Counted from the first letter of the stretch, positions 30,115-40,440 are shown. The stretch is 64,000 nucleotides of DNA from Akkermansia sp. (GCA_045636905.1 JAZTYL010000032.1:20781-84780); one strand, 5' to 3'. Program-made: numbers and translations. Notes: generated from the letters alone by a model not told the origin.

Positions 30115-30216
30115 ACCATGCAATTTCGCCACGCGATGGCAGAATTACATGGTGTTTTTCTCTTTATTCTTGACTTCACCATGCAAAAATGCCATCCTAT
30201 GGCAGAATTGCATGGT
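30115..30216 (+). promoter_or_regulatory. Two 39-bp imperfect palindromes flanking a TTGACT -35 box
   Basis: ACCATGCAA....GCCA-5nt-TGGCAGAATT.CATGGT at 30115-30153 and 30178-30216. Confidence 0.7.
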
Positions 30217-30223
30217 AAATGAG

Positions 30224-31441
30224 ATGGAACTGGAGCGAACAATAGCGAGCAAAGTAGAAGAATTACATCGTTTTTTTCCCTGCGTGATGCTGACGGGAGC
30301 CCGTCAGGTAGGGAAATCGACGCTGCTGCGGAGGCTGTTACCGGAGGGGATGCAGTATGTGAGTCTGGATGATGAACTGATGCTGAGTCGCGCGAAGGAA
30401 GACCCTGTGGGATTCCTGAGTGAGATGGGCAGCCCCCTGTGTATCGACGAGGTGCAGTATGAGCCTCGGTTGTTGCGCGCCATCAAAACGAAGGTGGATG
30501 TAACAGGAGAGCCGGGACAATACTGGTTGACAGGTTCGCAACGCTTTCATCTGATGCAGGGGGTATCGGAGAGTCTGGCCGGTCGCGTGGGCATAGTGGA
30601 GCTATACAGCTTGTCCCAGAGCGAGGCGGCAGGCAGAGGTGCCGGTGCTGAACCCTTCGACCCGGAGCATATAAAGACTCGTCTGGCGGCACCTGCCTGT
30701 GATATCACCAAACTCTACGAGCGAATATGGCGTGGAGGATATCCGCGCTTGTTCAAGTATGCGGGAACTTCGACGGAGGACTATTTCAGCGCGTATCTCA
30801 GCACTTATATTGCCAGGGATGTTCGGGCTCTGACACAGGTGGGCGATACCTCAGCCTTTCTGCGTTTCATGCAGGCAGTGGCAGCTCGCACAGCGCAGCA
30901 GCTGGTGTACGCAGACCTGGCAAAGGATGCAGATGTGTCGCCCAACACGGCCAAGCGATGGTTGTCTGTGCTGGAGACTTCCGGAATCATCGACATTCTG
31001 CCGCCATACTACGTCAATACAAGTAAGCGGCTGACAAAAAGTCCCAAGTTGTATTTTACGGATACAGGGTTCTGCTCCTGGTTGGGCGGGTGGAGTAATC
31101 CGCGCGTGCTGCAGCAGGGAGCTATGGCCGGCCCGATGCTCGAAACCTGGGTATATGGACAGTTACGCCGCAGTTATGCGAATCGGGGTGTACGGGCGCG
31201 ACTCAGCTACTACCGCAGCAGCAACGGCGCAGAAGTGGATTTTGTGCTGGAGCAGGATGGTAAGCTTTTCCCCATGGAGGTGAAGCGCAGCAGCTCCCCG
31301 CGCCAGAGCGACCTTTATGCCGCTGCCGGTATTCCTTTGGCGCCGGGGGTGGAGCTGCAGCCCGGGGTGGTACTGTGCACGGCTACGGAGATTCTGCCGC
31401 TGGGCAAAGGCAGCTACGCTTACCCCATTTCCATGCTCTGA
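30224..31441 (+). CDS. AAA_14 ATPase with DUF4143 and C-terminal PD-(D/E)xK-like domain
   Basis: TGARQVGKST, IDEVQ, LTGS, KSPKLYFTDTG, YYRSSNGAEVDFVLE..PMEVK. Confidence 0.88.
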   Translation: MELERTIASKVEELHRFFPCVMLTGARQVGKSTLLRRLLPEGMQYVSLDDELMLSRAKEDPVGFLSEMGSPLCIDEVQYEPRLLRAIKTKVDVTGEPGQYWLTGSQRFHLMQGVSESLAGRVGIVELYSLSQSEAAGRGAGAEPFDPEHIKTRLAAPACDITKLYERIWRGGYPRLFKYAGTSTEDYFSAYLSTYIARDVRALTQVGDTSAFLRFMQAVAARTAQQLVYADLAKDADVSPNTAKRWLSVLETSGIIDILPPYYVNTSKRLTKSPKLYFTDTGFCSWLGGWSNPRVLQQGAMAGPMLETWVYGQLRRSYANRGVRARLSYYRSSNGAEVDFVLEQDGKLFPMEVKRSSSPRQSDLYAAAGIPLAPGVELQPGVVLCTATEILPLGKGSYAYPISML

Positions 31442-31449
31442 TACCTGCT

Positions 31450-33153
31450 TCAGTTCAGGTGGACGTTCTCTTTTCTGCTGCTGAAGTGGAAGATGACGCC
31501 GGTGTGGCGGGTGTTGTTCAGGTCGCGGCAGCGCACGTGCAGACCTTCGTGCCGGAAGTAGGTTTCTGCCGGGTCCCAGCTCAGCTCGTAGGGGGAGAAA
31601 TTGAGCTTGTAGGTGCCGATGAGGCTCCAGGAAAGGCCGTTTTCCGTATCGCGGCAGCGGTAGACCTGGAAGGTATAGGTGGAGACGACTTCGTGTTTCA
31701 CGTTGCTGCGGCTGATAAAGGCAATGGTGTTGCTTTTCTCATCGCTGATCCAGTCTTCCACTCCGCCGTAGCGGAGCTTGTTGGTGTAGAGCAACTCCAG
31801 GGGTGGGACATTCTGCCATTTGTCTTTGCCCGGCTGGGGATCGGCGGCATAGAAGAGTTCCTGCTCCGCGCGGCGCAGGTGGAGGGTTCTGGCATTGAGG
31901 GGCTGCAGCCGCTCGCGTGCGGGGGAGTTGATTAGCTCGGGAATGCCGATAGGGCGGTTCGGGCGCGTGTCTTTGCCGCAGTCGTTTCTCTCGGTGATGT
32001 CCTCGAAGGCGCAGCAGCTGTCCTCTGCCGCGCGGAAGGAAAATGTCTTGGTGAAGCGCGTGTTGTTGCGCGGCGTGGCGTAGGTGAGGGTGAGGCTTTC
32101 TTCTGTGAGCTCTATTTCTTCCGGGCGGAGATCCATGACCCGGCGGGTGAAGGTGTAAACTCCCACGCGTCGGTATTCCGAGCCGGTTCTGCGGAACACA
32201 GTGTAAACATCTGTTCCGGCTCCGTTGCCGGGTTGCGCGAGAAAGGCAATCACGGAACCGCTTGCGTTTGTGAACCAATCCGCGCCGGTGGTATAGCCGC
32301 GGTGCAGGCTCACCTGCAGCAGGTTGGCTACGCGGGACGCGGGCAGGGGCTTTTCGCCGTTCCAGCAAGCTACGTTTTCCGGGTTGATGCCTATGAAGGC
32401 GAGGCGCCCCAGCACAGGGCTTATCGGGCCATTCGACAGCGCGGCGGCTGCATACAGGGCGCGGGTGGCTGCGTTGTGGTACCGGGGGTAGCCCTGGAGG
32501 CTGTAGTGTCTGAAACGCTCGGCATCCTCGCTTGCCTGCTGAGGGGCAGAGGGAGATACGGGCAGGTCGAGTCCCATATCCGGCGCTTCATCCGGGGCAT
32601 CGTAGGCGCAGAAGGTATCGTGAGCCTCGGCAAAGTCGAAGCGTTTCTCCACGCGCAGGCTCCGCTGCGGGGAAGTTGCCACGATGCTGAGGCCGCGGTG
32701 GGCGAGCGACACTTCTTCCCAGCAGATGCGCAGGTGGCGGGAAATGAAGTGGTAGGTGCCGGTTTTGTGCCATTCCTCATCCCGGCGGGTGAAGACGGTG
32801 AACACGTAGTGCTTGGCGCCAACTCCGGGGCGGGCTACAAAGACGAGCAGGTCTCCGTCCTTGTTCGTGAACCAGTCTTCTGCTCCGCAGCTTCCTGCTG
32901 CCAGACTCAGCTGCAGGAGGTCGGCCGTGCGGGCGGCAGGCAGGGGCTTTTCCCCGCTCCAGTAGACGGCGTTTTCTGTGTTGTCGCCCACAGCAATGCG
33001 GAGGTTTTTCTCCGGGCTGTCGGCGCTCTGCAGTATCTTGATTTCAGCCTGCAGGGTGTGGGTGGTGGGGTTGTCCCATCTCTGGTAGGGGTGTGCGGAG
33101 GCAATGCAGCATGCCATTGCGGCGCACAGGGTAAGAAGGTGTGTGGGTTTCAT
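31450..33153 (-). CDS. Secreted hypothetical protein with three internal domain repeats
   Basis: Signal peptide MKPTHLLTLCAAMACCIASA; repeated W.GEKPLPA.R.A.LLQ.SL...DWFTN..G....F.A.PG.G motif. Confidence 0.7.
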   Translation of the reverse strand: MKPTHLLTLCAAMACCIASAHPYQRWDNPTTHTLQAEIKILQSADSPEKNLRIAVGDNTENAVYWSGEKPLPAARTADLLQLSLAAGSCGAEDWFTNKDGDLLVFVARPGVGAKHYVFTVFTRRDEEWHKTGTYHFISRHLRICWEEVSLAHRGLSIVATSPQRSLRVEKRFDFAEAHDTFCAYDAPDEAPDMGLDLPVSPSAPQQASEDAERFRHYSLQGYPRYHNAATRALYAAAALSNGPISPVLGRLAFIGINPENVACWNGEKPLPASRVANLLQVSLHRGYTTGADWFTNASGSVIAFLAQPGNGAGTDVYTVFRRTGSEYRRVGVYTFTRRVMDLRPEEIELTEESLTLTYATPRNNTRFTKTFSFRAAEDSCCAFEDITERNDCGKDTRPNRPIGIPELINSPARERLQPLNARTLHLRRAEQELFYAADPQPGKDKWQNVPPLELLYTNKLRYGGVEDWISDEKSNTIAFISRSNVKHEVVSTYTFQVYRCRDTENGLSWSLIGTYKLNFSPYELSWDPAETYFRHEGLHVRCRDLNNTRHTGVIFHFSSRKENVHLN

Positions 33154-33274
33154 GGTGCATGCCCATTCTACCACATGGGGTGTAAATAGCAAGCAGATAG
33201 TTCTGCAAAGTCTGCTGTACGGATTCGTGCTTGACACGGCGGGGGAGATGGTGCAATATGGTGCGCAGCAGGAT

Positions 33275-33649
33275 ATGTATATACCGACCCAGGAGGAGAG
33301 ATACAGCAAGGTGGCAAAAATCACGCTCTTTATGTGCGTGGTGGTGCCGAGTGGTATCGTGCTGTGGGCATACGGCAATGAGCAGGATTTGCTTTCCTGT
33401 GCCTTTGCCTTCCTGGAGCCTCCGGCATTCCTGCTGCGGGCCGGTGGTTGCAGCAGCGGTGCGGCTTTTACGCTTTCTGCCGTGCTGCAGGCTCTGCTGT
33501 TCTTTGCGATGTCGCGCAGCAGTAAGCTCACCGCGAAGGGGAAGCTCACGCTGGCTGTGACCTGGGGGATGGCCTTTGCGCTGGTGCTGCGTGTGCTGAT
33601 AGCGTGGCAGTTCTGGGTAGCCGCAGGCGGCGGACAGGCTGCAGGCTAA
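33275..33649 (+). CDS. Small hypothetical membrane protein (about 3-4 TM)
   Basis: MYIPTQEERYSK start downstream of TTGACA at 33231; hydrophobic segments; fills the gap between minus-strand genes. Confidence 0.55.
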   Translation: MYIPTQEERYSKVAKITLFMCVVVPSGIVLWAYGNEQDLLSCAFAFLEPPAFLLRAGGCSSGAAFTLSAVLQALLFFAMSRSSKLTAKGKLTLAVTWGMAFALVLRVLIAWQFWVAAGGGQAAG

Positions 33650-33789
33650 GAGCCGCGACGGTTCAGGTAGAAATGCAGCGCCAGCTTCAGCACGGAGGTG
33701 CGGTCCAGATTGCGGGCGCGGGCGAACTTCTCCAGGCGGGCAAACAGTTCGCTGTGGCAGCGGAAGGTTATTATACGCAGCGCGTTCAT
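33646..33789 (-). CDS. Ribbon-helix-helix (CopG-like) protein, 47 aa
   Basis: Hand translation MNALRIITFRCHSELFARLEKFARARNLDRTSVLKLALHFYLNRRGS; beta strand then two helices; below the ORF-track cutoff. Confidence 0.7.
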   Translation of the reverse strand: MNALRIITFRCHSELFARLEKFARARNLDRTSVLKLALHFYLNRRGS

Positions 33790-33852
33790 GGGCTCAATAT
33801 GCCACAAAGGTCCGCGCCCGGCAAGTCTTGTTGGCCGTGTGTCGTATAATCA

Positions 33853-34824
33853 TTAATGAGCCCGCAGGTCTGCCATCCATTCGCCGGCGTTGCGGTAGCG
33901 CCCCTCGATGCTCGGCGAGAGGGCTTTGTCGATGCCGGCAAGCAGTTTCGGGTGGTAGATGCTGCTGAGAGCCGGCAGGGAAGCCAGCGGGTCGAGCGTA
34001 TCGTACAGCAGGCGCTGGCGGCCGGGGGGCAGGGCAATACCCGTGAGCAGGTAGTACAGCGTGGCCGCGAAGGCATACAAATCTGTCCAGGGACCCAGGT
34101 TGCCGTTGTTTTCCCCCTGCTCGGGGGGACTGTAACCCGGGGATTCCACCACGGCGCCGCTGGGGTCTGAGTTGCGCTCGCGTGCCGCTCCCATGTCGAT
34201 GAGAACCGGGCGCCCGGTGCGGGTCACGAGAATGTTGTCCGGTTTGATATCCAGGTGCAGGATATTGCGGCTGTGCAGGTAGTCCAGAGCATCCAGTACA
34301 CGCACCATGAGGGAGTAGAGGTCATCCTGCGGGAGGTGGTGGAGGTGCTTTTTGTAGTCGAGCACGACATCTGCCAGGCTCTTGCCGTCTATGTACTCGG
34401 TTACATAGTACGCCGTATTCAGTGCCTCGAAGTAGGTGTAAATCTTGACGATGTTGGGGTGGTCCAGGGAGGCCAGGAGTCTGACTTCGCGCAGGAAATT
34501 ATTCATGGCCCACTCGCAGTCCTCCTGGGTGCTGTGCTCCTGGCGCACCACATGGAGTGTGCGGCAGTGACGCTGGCAGAGAGAATGCGGGAAATTCTCC
34601 TTGATGACCACGCGGCGCTTCAGCAGCTTATCCTCCGCCAGGTAGGTGACACCGAAGCCGCCCTCGCCGATGCGGCCCAGCAACCTGTAGCCGTTTATCA
34701 TGAAGTTTACCGGCAGTTCTTTGGGTGCCGGGCAGATGTCGTCCAGCTCTGCGTCGGCAGCATTGTTCTGCGGCTGCTGCACGGGTGGGCAGGAGGGCGT
34801 GGGGGAAGGGGTGGTGGGGAACAT
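33853..34824 (-). CDS. Soluble Hanks-type Ser/Thr protein kinase
   Basis: IGEGGFGVTY, VVIKE, HLDIKPDN, DMG, SPGYSPPEQ, TDLYA. Confidence 0.9.
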   Translation of the reverse strand: MFPTTPSPTPSCPPVQQPQNNAADAELDDICPAPKELPVNFMINGYRLLGRIGEGGFGVTYLAEDKLLKRRVVIKENFPHSLCQRHCRTLHVVRQEHSTQEDCEWAMNNFLREVRLLASLDHPNIVKIYTYFEALNTAYYVTEYIDGKSLADVVLDYKKHLHHLPQDDLYSLMVRVLDALDYLHSRNILHLDIKPDNILVTRTGRPVLIDMGAARERNSDPSGAVVESPGYSPPEQGENNGNLGPWTDLYAFAATLYYLLTGIALPPGRQRLLYDTLDPLASLPALSSIYHPKLLAGIDKALSPSIEGRYRNAGEWMADLRAH

Positions 34825-34867
34825 GGCGGCAGTGCGAGAGGGAGAGAACTGTGGGGCGGGTGGAAAA

Positions 34868-37066
34868 TCAGCCCTGGTGCGGGGGATTGTCCGGGTCTAT
34901 ACCCAGGAAGCGGCAGACGCCGCGGTAGCAGACGGGGTAGTCCAGCCTGCCGTTGGGCAGCACAGGTATGGTGCTGACGGGGATGATGCGATTCGGCGCC
35001 CAGCTGGCCGGGTAGCGGGCGTTGAGCAGGCCGTAGCGGGCGGTGATGAGGTCCTGCGGCAGCACGGTTTTGTGTAGGGTGGAAAGCAACACCAGTATTT
35101 CGCCGCCGCCGCGGGGATTCGGGGCGCCCACGATGGCCAGGCTGCGGCTCGGTGCCATGGGGTCGGCTCCCAGCACGCGGCACAGGGCTTCCTCTGCCGC
35201 GACATGGGGCACGAGGTCGTCCCCGATTTTGCTGAATCGGGCCTTGCGGCCGCTGATGGTAAGCAGGCCGTCGGCATCCAGTTTGCCGACATCTCCCGTG
35301 CAGAACCAGCCGTTCGACATGGTGGTGGCGTCCTTTTCTCCGCTGCGCAGGTAGTGCTGCAGGGTGGCGGGGCCTTTCACCCAGATGAGGCCGGTGGCTG
35401 TGGAGGGCAGAATCTTGTCCGGCTTGTTGAGGTCGCTGATGCGCACGGCAGTGCCCGGCAGGGGGGAGCCGACGCAGCCGGCGTATCCGGCGGGGATGAT
35501 GTGGGGCGTGCCCGGAGCAGGTGCCGGCGCGGGGCCGCAGATGGCGGCGGGAGCTGCCAGTTCGGTGAGCGTGTAACACTCCCGCAGCATGAGGCGGTAC
35601 TCGTTGGTGGCGCGCTGGATGAGCCCGGGAGTGGCTCTGCCACCGGTCAGCAGGAAGTAGCGCAGCGTCGAGAAATGCTCCGGGCTGCCGGCTTCCAGCA
35701 GGGCATGTGTCTGCGCCGGGGTGAAGGCGGTGAGAACCGTCCCGTAGTTGTGTGCCAGTTCGCACAGGCGGCGCGGCGTGCGGGTATCCGGGTAAGTGAC
35801 GATATCCATGCCGTGCAGCAGGGGCAGCAAGAGCCCGCAGAGCAGGCCCATCGGCTGGTAGTACGGCAGGGCGCTCAGCGTGCGTTGGCCGGCCTGCAGC
35901 GGCATGCGGCTGCTAAGCTGCATGGCAGCTGCCAGCAGAGCTCGGTGGCTCAGCGGCACGGTCTTGCTTTCTCCGCCTGTACCGCTGCTGAAGAGAATCA
36001 GTGCTTCATCCTCCGGTGCGGCGGTGTTGTGCAGGAGGCGGTGGGTGAGCAAATCTGTCTTGCCCAGGTGGATTGCCAGCTCGCGCATGCGGACACCGGC
36101 CGTACTCACCTCTGCCAGCTCGCGCTCGATGTAGAGCAGGTCGCGCTGGGCAGGCCAGGCAAATTGCTGCTGCTTGTGGATGAAGCGCTCCTCGGTGATA
36201 AAGCGGTTCACGCCGGTTTGCTCCACCTGGCGGCGGAAGTTTTCTGCCGAGGCTTCGTAGTCGATGTTCACCGGGGTGATGCCGGCCAGAATGCAGGCCA
36301 GGTTGGCAATGGCAGCCAGCTTGCCGGGGGGCAGGATGATGCCGAGGCGGCGGTTGGTGATGTTGCGGCGCAGCTTGTCGCAGATGATGAGCGAGTAGGC
36401 CAGCAGGCGTTTGTAGGTGAGCTGGCTGTCGTCCACACCATCCACTATCATGGCGTCCGGGTGCGAAGCCAGGCTGTGGAGCAGGGCGTGGGGCAGAGCA
36501 TGCTGCAGCACCGGGTGGGCGGCGAGCTGCTCGGCGGAGGCTTCCATCCAGGCGCTGCGCACGGCCGCTCCCAAAGCCGGGCCGGGCGGCACGAGCGGCA
36601 TGAATTGCAGCACGGCGCGGTCGTACGGCGCTTCTGTGGTAATGCCGCCGGCGAGGCTGTCCCGGTACATGCCTACGTACACGGGCAGGGCAGAGAGGGC
36701 GCTGCCATCCGCAAAGGTGAGCAGCTTGCCGGGTACATCCGCCAGTGTGGCTGCCTGTTGCCCGGGGCGGCCGCAGAGCAGCACCACGTGCCGGCCCATG
36801 GCCAGGCGGTCGCGAACCATCTTCACCAAATCCTCGCGCGAGGTGCGGTCTATGGCATACAGGAAACCTGCAGCACGTGTCTGGGAGAGGTACATCATCA
36901 CCTCTGCATCCGGGCGCAGAGTTGTCTCTACCATCCAGATGACGCGGTCCCACCCGCCGAGCGCCTCTTCCAGGGCGCGCAGAGTGGGCAGGTTCAACCT
37001 GTTCGGGATGATGAGCGTTGGCGAGGCCGGTATGTGGCTGATGCCTTCTGTGGTGAGATTCTCCAT
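34868..37066 (-). CDS. Aas-like acyltransferase/AMP-binding fusion, degenerate motifs
   Basis: ILFSSGTGGESK, FCTGDVG, GRKARFSKIG; N-terminal PlsC-like region; start at MENLTTEG. Confidence 0.75.
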   Translation of the reverse strand: MENLTTEGISHIPASPTLIIPNRLNLPTLRALEEALGGWDRVIWMVETTLRPDAEVMMYLSQTRAAGFLYAIDRTSREDLVKMVRDRLAMGRHVVLLCGRPGQQAATLADVPGKLLTFADGSALSALPVYVGMYRDSLAGGITTEAPYDRAVLQFMPLVPPGPALGAAVRSAWMEASAEQLAAHPVLQHALPHALLHSLASHPDAMIVDGVDDSQLTYKRLLAYSLIICDKLRRNITNRRLGIILPPGKLAAIANLACILAGITPVNIDYEASAENFRRQVEQTGVNRFITEERFIHKQQQFAWPAQRDLLYIERELAEVSTAGVRMRELAIHLGKTDLLTHRLLHNTAAPEDEALILFSSGTGGESKTVPLSHRALLAAAMQLSSRMPLQAGQRTLSALPYYQPMGLLCGLLLPLLHGMDIVTYPDTRTPRRLCELAHNYGTVLTAFTPAQTHALLEAGSPEHFSTLRYFLLTGGRATPGLIQRATNEYRLMLRECYTLTELAAPAAICGPAPAPAPGTPHIIPAGYAGCVGSPLPGTAVRISDLNKPDKILPSTATGLIWVKGPATLQHYLRSGEKDATTMSNGWFCTGDVGKLDADGLLTISGRKARFSKIGDDLVPHVAAEEALCRVLGADPMAPSRSLAIVGAPNPRGGGEILVLLSTLHKTVLPQDLITARYGLLNARYPASWAPNRIIPVSTIPVLPNGRLDYPVCYRGVCRFLGIDPDNPPHQG

Positions 37067-37218
37067 CTTGTACTGCGTGCCATGAGTGTAACATATCTTT
37101 GCCCTGCATGCAATACCGGAGTTTTGCAGCATGCATTCCGAGGCTCTGCAGAATGACGCGCTGAACCGCGTATACTGTTTGACTTGTCCGGGGATATCTG
37201 GCATAATGCTGCACGGAT

Positions 37219-38310
37219 ATGGCAGAGCAGAGCAGTTTCGTGTTTTTCGGCAGCGACGAGGGCGCGGCCAGCACGGCTGCGGCCAAATGCGCCGCTGAGC
37301 TCTCTGCCGGTGGCGATGGCTGGGGCGACGAGACGATAGACGGCGCTGCAGCCACGGCGGATGAAGCTGTGGAGCTGATACGCCGCGCGATTTCCGGCCT
37401 GCAGATGATGAACATGTTCGGCGGGCGCAAGGTGATATGGCTCAAAGGCGTGAATTTCCTGGCCGATACGCCCTCCGGTGCCCGCAGCGAGGCCGTCCAG
37501 GAGGCCATGGAGGATTTGCTGGCTGTGCTCGGCAGCATGCCTCCGGAGACATTTTTCGTGCTCAGCAGCGCGGAGATGGACAAGCGCCGTTCCTTCTTCA
37601 AAAAGCTCGGCAGTGTGGCGGAGGTGAAGGAGTTCACCAAAATCGATATCTCCAAACCCGGCTGGGAAAGCGAGGTGGCCGCGCTGACCATGCGCATGGC
37701 CAAACCCCTGGGGCTGACCTTCGATAACGACGCGCTGGACCTCTTCGTGCACCGTGTGAACGAGAGCACACGCCAGATTGCCAACGAGCTGGCCAAGATA
37801 GATGTTTACCTCGGTCCGGAGCGTCGCCGCGTGAGCGTGCAGGATGTGGACCTCCTGGTGGCTGTGTCGCGCAATGGTGTCATCTTCGAGATATCGCGCG
37901 CCATCGAGCAGAGCGACTGCCGCCTGGCCGTGCGCCTCATCAATGAGCAGCTGGAGCATGGCGAGGCCGCTGTCACCATCATGCGTGCCGCCATTGTACC
38001 CACCGTGCGAAACCGCTTCTGCGCCCGCCTGCTCATGGATTCCTTCGGCATCGATGCCACGAACTACCGCAGTTTTGAGAGCGCGCTGGGCAAGCTGCTG
38101 CCCTCCGACCGCAAGATTCTCCCCCTTAAAAAGGACGGCACTCCCAACGCCTACTCCCTTTTCAACGCGGCACGCACCTGCGGCAAGCTCACCCTGCAGA
38201 AAGCCCGCCGCGACCTCCGTGCCTGCGCCACGGCAGACCGCCAGCTGGTGTCCACTCAGCTGGATGACCGCGACATCCTCCATAAGCTGGTGGTGTCGCT
38301 CACAGCCTGA
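37219..38310 (+). CDS. holA: DNA polymerase III subunit delta
   Basis: FFGSDE, NMFGGRKVIWL, DKRRSFFKKL, IANELAKI, IFEISRAI. Confidence 0.8.
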   Translation: MAEQSSFVFFGSDEGAASTAAAKCAAELSAGGDGWGDETIDGAAATADEAVELIRRAISGLQMMNMFGGRKVIWLKGVNFLADTPSGARSEAVQEAMEDLLAVLGSMPPETFFVLSSAEMDKRRSFFKKLGSVAEVKEFTKIDISKPGWESEVAALTMRMAKPLGLTFDNDALDLFVHRVNESTRQIANELAKIDVYLGPERRRVSVQDVDLLVAVSRNGVIFEISRAIEQSDCRLAVRLINEQLEHGEAAVTIMRAAIVPTVRNRFCARLLMDSFGIDATNYRSFESALGKLLPSDRKILPLKKDGTPNAYSLFNAARTCGKLTLQKARRDLRACATADRQLVSTQLDDRDILHKLVVSLTA

Positions 38311-38460
38311 AAGCCCGTTGACCGGCTTTCTTCCCCCTGAATCGGCGCCGGGTATGAGTATACAGTTCGGCGCGCTTTGTACGCAGGGGGAATGTGTAGC
38401 GATTTATCCCACCCCGCGCTCGCAGCGCGCCGAATGATTCAAGCTGTCAGGGCGAAAGCC

Positions 38461-39492
38461 TTATTTGCCTTTTTCCTCCAGTTTGGCCTTAACTTTCTCC
38501 TCCACCTCAGCGTAGAGGTCCGGGTTGTTGCGCAGAGCCTCCTTGGCGGCATCGCGGCCCTGGGCGAGCTGGCTGCCGTTGTAGCTGAACCAGGAGCCAC
38601 GCTTCTGGATGACATCGTACTCCATGGCCAGGTCGATGAGCGAACCCACGGAGGAGATACCCTCGTTGTACATGATATCGAACTCGCACTCGGTGAAGGG
38701 AGGTGCAACCTTGTTCTTGACCACCTTGAGCTTGGTGCGGTTGCCGGCCACGGTGCCGTCTGCACCCTTAATCTGGCCGATGCGGCGGATGTCGCAGCGC
38801 ACGGAGGCGTAGAACTTGAGGGCGCGACCACCGGGCGTGGTTTCGGGGTTGCCGAACATGACGCCGATTTTCTCGCGAATCTGGTTCGTGAAGATGCAGA
38901 CGGTGCGGGCCTTGGCGATGAGAGAGGTGAGCTTGCGCAGTGCGGCGCTCATGAGTCGGGCCTGAGCACCCACGGTGCTGTCGCCGATTTCGCCCTCCAG
39001 CTCCTGGCGGGTCACAAGGGCGGCCACAGAGTCCACCACGATGACATCGATAGCGTTGGAGCGTACCAGAGCCTCGCAGATCTGCAGGGCTTCCTCGCCG
39101 CTGTTGGGCTGGGATACGAGCAGGTCGTCCAGATTCACGCCGAGCTTGGCAGCATAGGCGGGATCCAGCGCGTGCTCCACGTCGATGAAGGCTGCCAGGC
39201 CACCGGCACGCTGTGCCTGGGCGATAACGGTGAGGGTCAGCGTGGTCTTACCGGAAGACTCGGGGCCGAATACCTCCACAATACGGCCGCGCGGTACACC
39301 GCCGGCTCCCAGTGCGCGGTCGATAAGCAGATTGCCGGTGGGAATCACCTCCACCTCCATGGTTTTCTTATCGCCCAGGCGCATGATGGCGTTCTCGCCG
39401 AAGTCTTTCTGAATCTGGAGCATAGCGGCATCCAGCGCGCGCTGGCGCTGGGCCTGCAGCTTCTCCTGTTCGGGGGAAATCTCTTTACTCAT
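38461..39492 (-). CDS. recA: Recombinase A
   Basis: [49 protein letters not shown]; start at MSKEIS. Confidence 0.97.
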   Translation of the reverse strand: MSKEISPEQEKLQAQRQRALDAAMLQIQKDFGENAIMRLGDKKTMEVEVIPTGNLLIDRALGAGGVPRGRIVEVFGPESSGKTTLTLTVIAQAQRAGGLAAFIDVEHALDPAYAAKLGVNLDDLLVSQPNSGEEALQICEALVRSNAIDVIVVDSVAALVTRQELEGEIGDSTVGAQARLMSAALRKLTSLIAKARTVCIFTNQIREKIGVMFGNPETTPGGRALKFYASVRCDIRRIGQIKGADGTVAGNRTKLKVVKNKVAPPFTECEFDIMYNEGISSVGSLIDLAMEYDVIQKRGSWFSYNGSQLAQGRDAAKEALRNNPDLYAEVEEKVKAKLEEKGK

Positions 39493-39667
39493 ATCACTGC
39501 TGAGCTTACCTGTTCCCCCCGCCGCTTGCAAGCTCAAAAAAAGGCATGATGCAAAAAAACTGCTATCCCGGAATCTGTACTGAAAATCCCATTTCTGCCT
39601 CTTCTCAGGAGGTGAAAAGTGTTTTTTGCTTGTAAAAAAGTGAAAAATGTGCTATAGGGAGATTGCT

Positions 39668-40270
39668 ATGAAAAATGTACTCTCTGTAGCTACGATACTG
39701 GGCATGCTGAGCGGTGTGGCTTCTGCCGCTCCGTATGTGACGCCGTTCAACATGCCCGGAGCCACGACTCCGTACGACATGCAGCCTGTCTACTGTTTGG
39801 AAGGTCTGTATGGCTTTGCGGGCGACAGCGATGACCCGGATACCTGGGGTGGACGCCTGAGCTTCAACCTGTACAGCGATGGCAGGGACACTGTGCGCCA
39901 GCAGTTCACGCTGGGTGTTGCCGCCATGTGGGGCGATAAGTCCTACCGCGATGAAGACGGCAAGTTCGATGTGGATATGACCATGGTGCCCATCACCGCC
40001 GGTTACTACCTCAACATTGAGCTGACCGACAATGTGCTGATGTACCTCGGCGGTCGTGCCGGTTATGCCTTCTGCGACGTGGATTTTGAAGGCGAGAGCG
40101 CCGATGGCGACGGCTTCACCTTCTCTGCCGGTGCCGGCCTTAAGTTCCAATGCTCGGATGACGTGTACGTGAATGTGGGCTATGAGTTCGGCAAGACCTA
40201 CATGAAGGGTGACATGGACTATAACTACGCCCAGCACATCATCAGCGTGGGTGTGGGCTTCCGCTTCTGA
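39668..40270 (+). CDS. Small outer-membrane beta-barrel protein
   Basis: Signal peptide, alternating amphipathic strands, C-terminal VGVGFRF. Confidence 0.8.
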   Translation: MKNVLSVATILGMLSGVASAAPYVTPFNMPGATTPYDMQPVYCLEGLYGFAGDSDDPDTWGGRLSFNLYSDGRDTVRQQFTLGVAAMWGDKSYRDEDGKFDVDMTMVPITAGYYLNIELTDNVLMYLGGRAGYAFCDVDFEGESADGDGFTFSAGAGLKFQCSDDVYVNVGYEFGKTYMKGDMDYNYAQHIISVGVGFRF

Positions 40271-40297
40271 TACGTTTCCCCTGCAACCATATTTCAA

Positions 40298-40330
40298 CCC
40301 CATGCGCCCCGGCGGTGCATGGGGCTTTTG
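40298..40330 (+). terminator. Intrinsic terminator after OMP gene
   Basis: CCCCATGCGCC...GGTGCATGGGG followed by cttttg. Confidence 0.7.
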
Positions 40331-40440
40331 CTTGCAGCTTTGCTGAACGGGCGGAAAATCTGCGCCGCCATGACACAGACATACGTGCGGGGCCGCGCTT
40401 TCCGATTGCAAGGCGCAGAATAAAGGAGTATATTGGAGCC

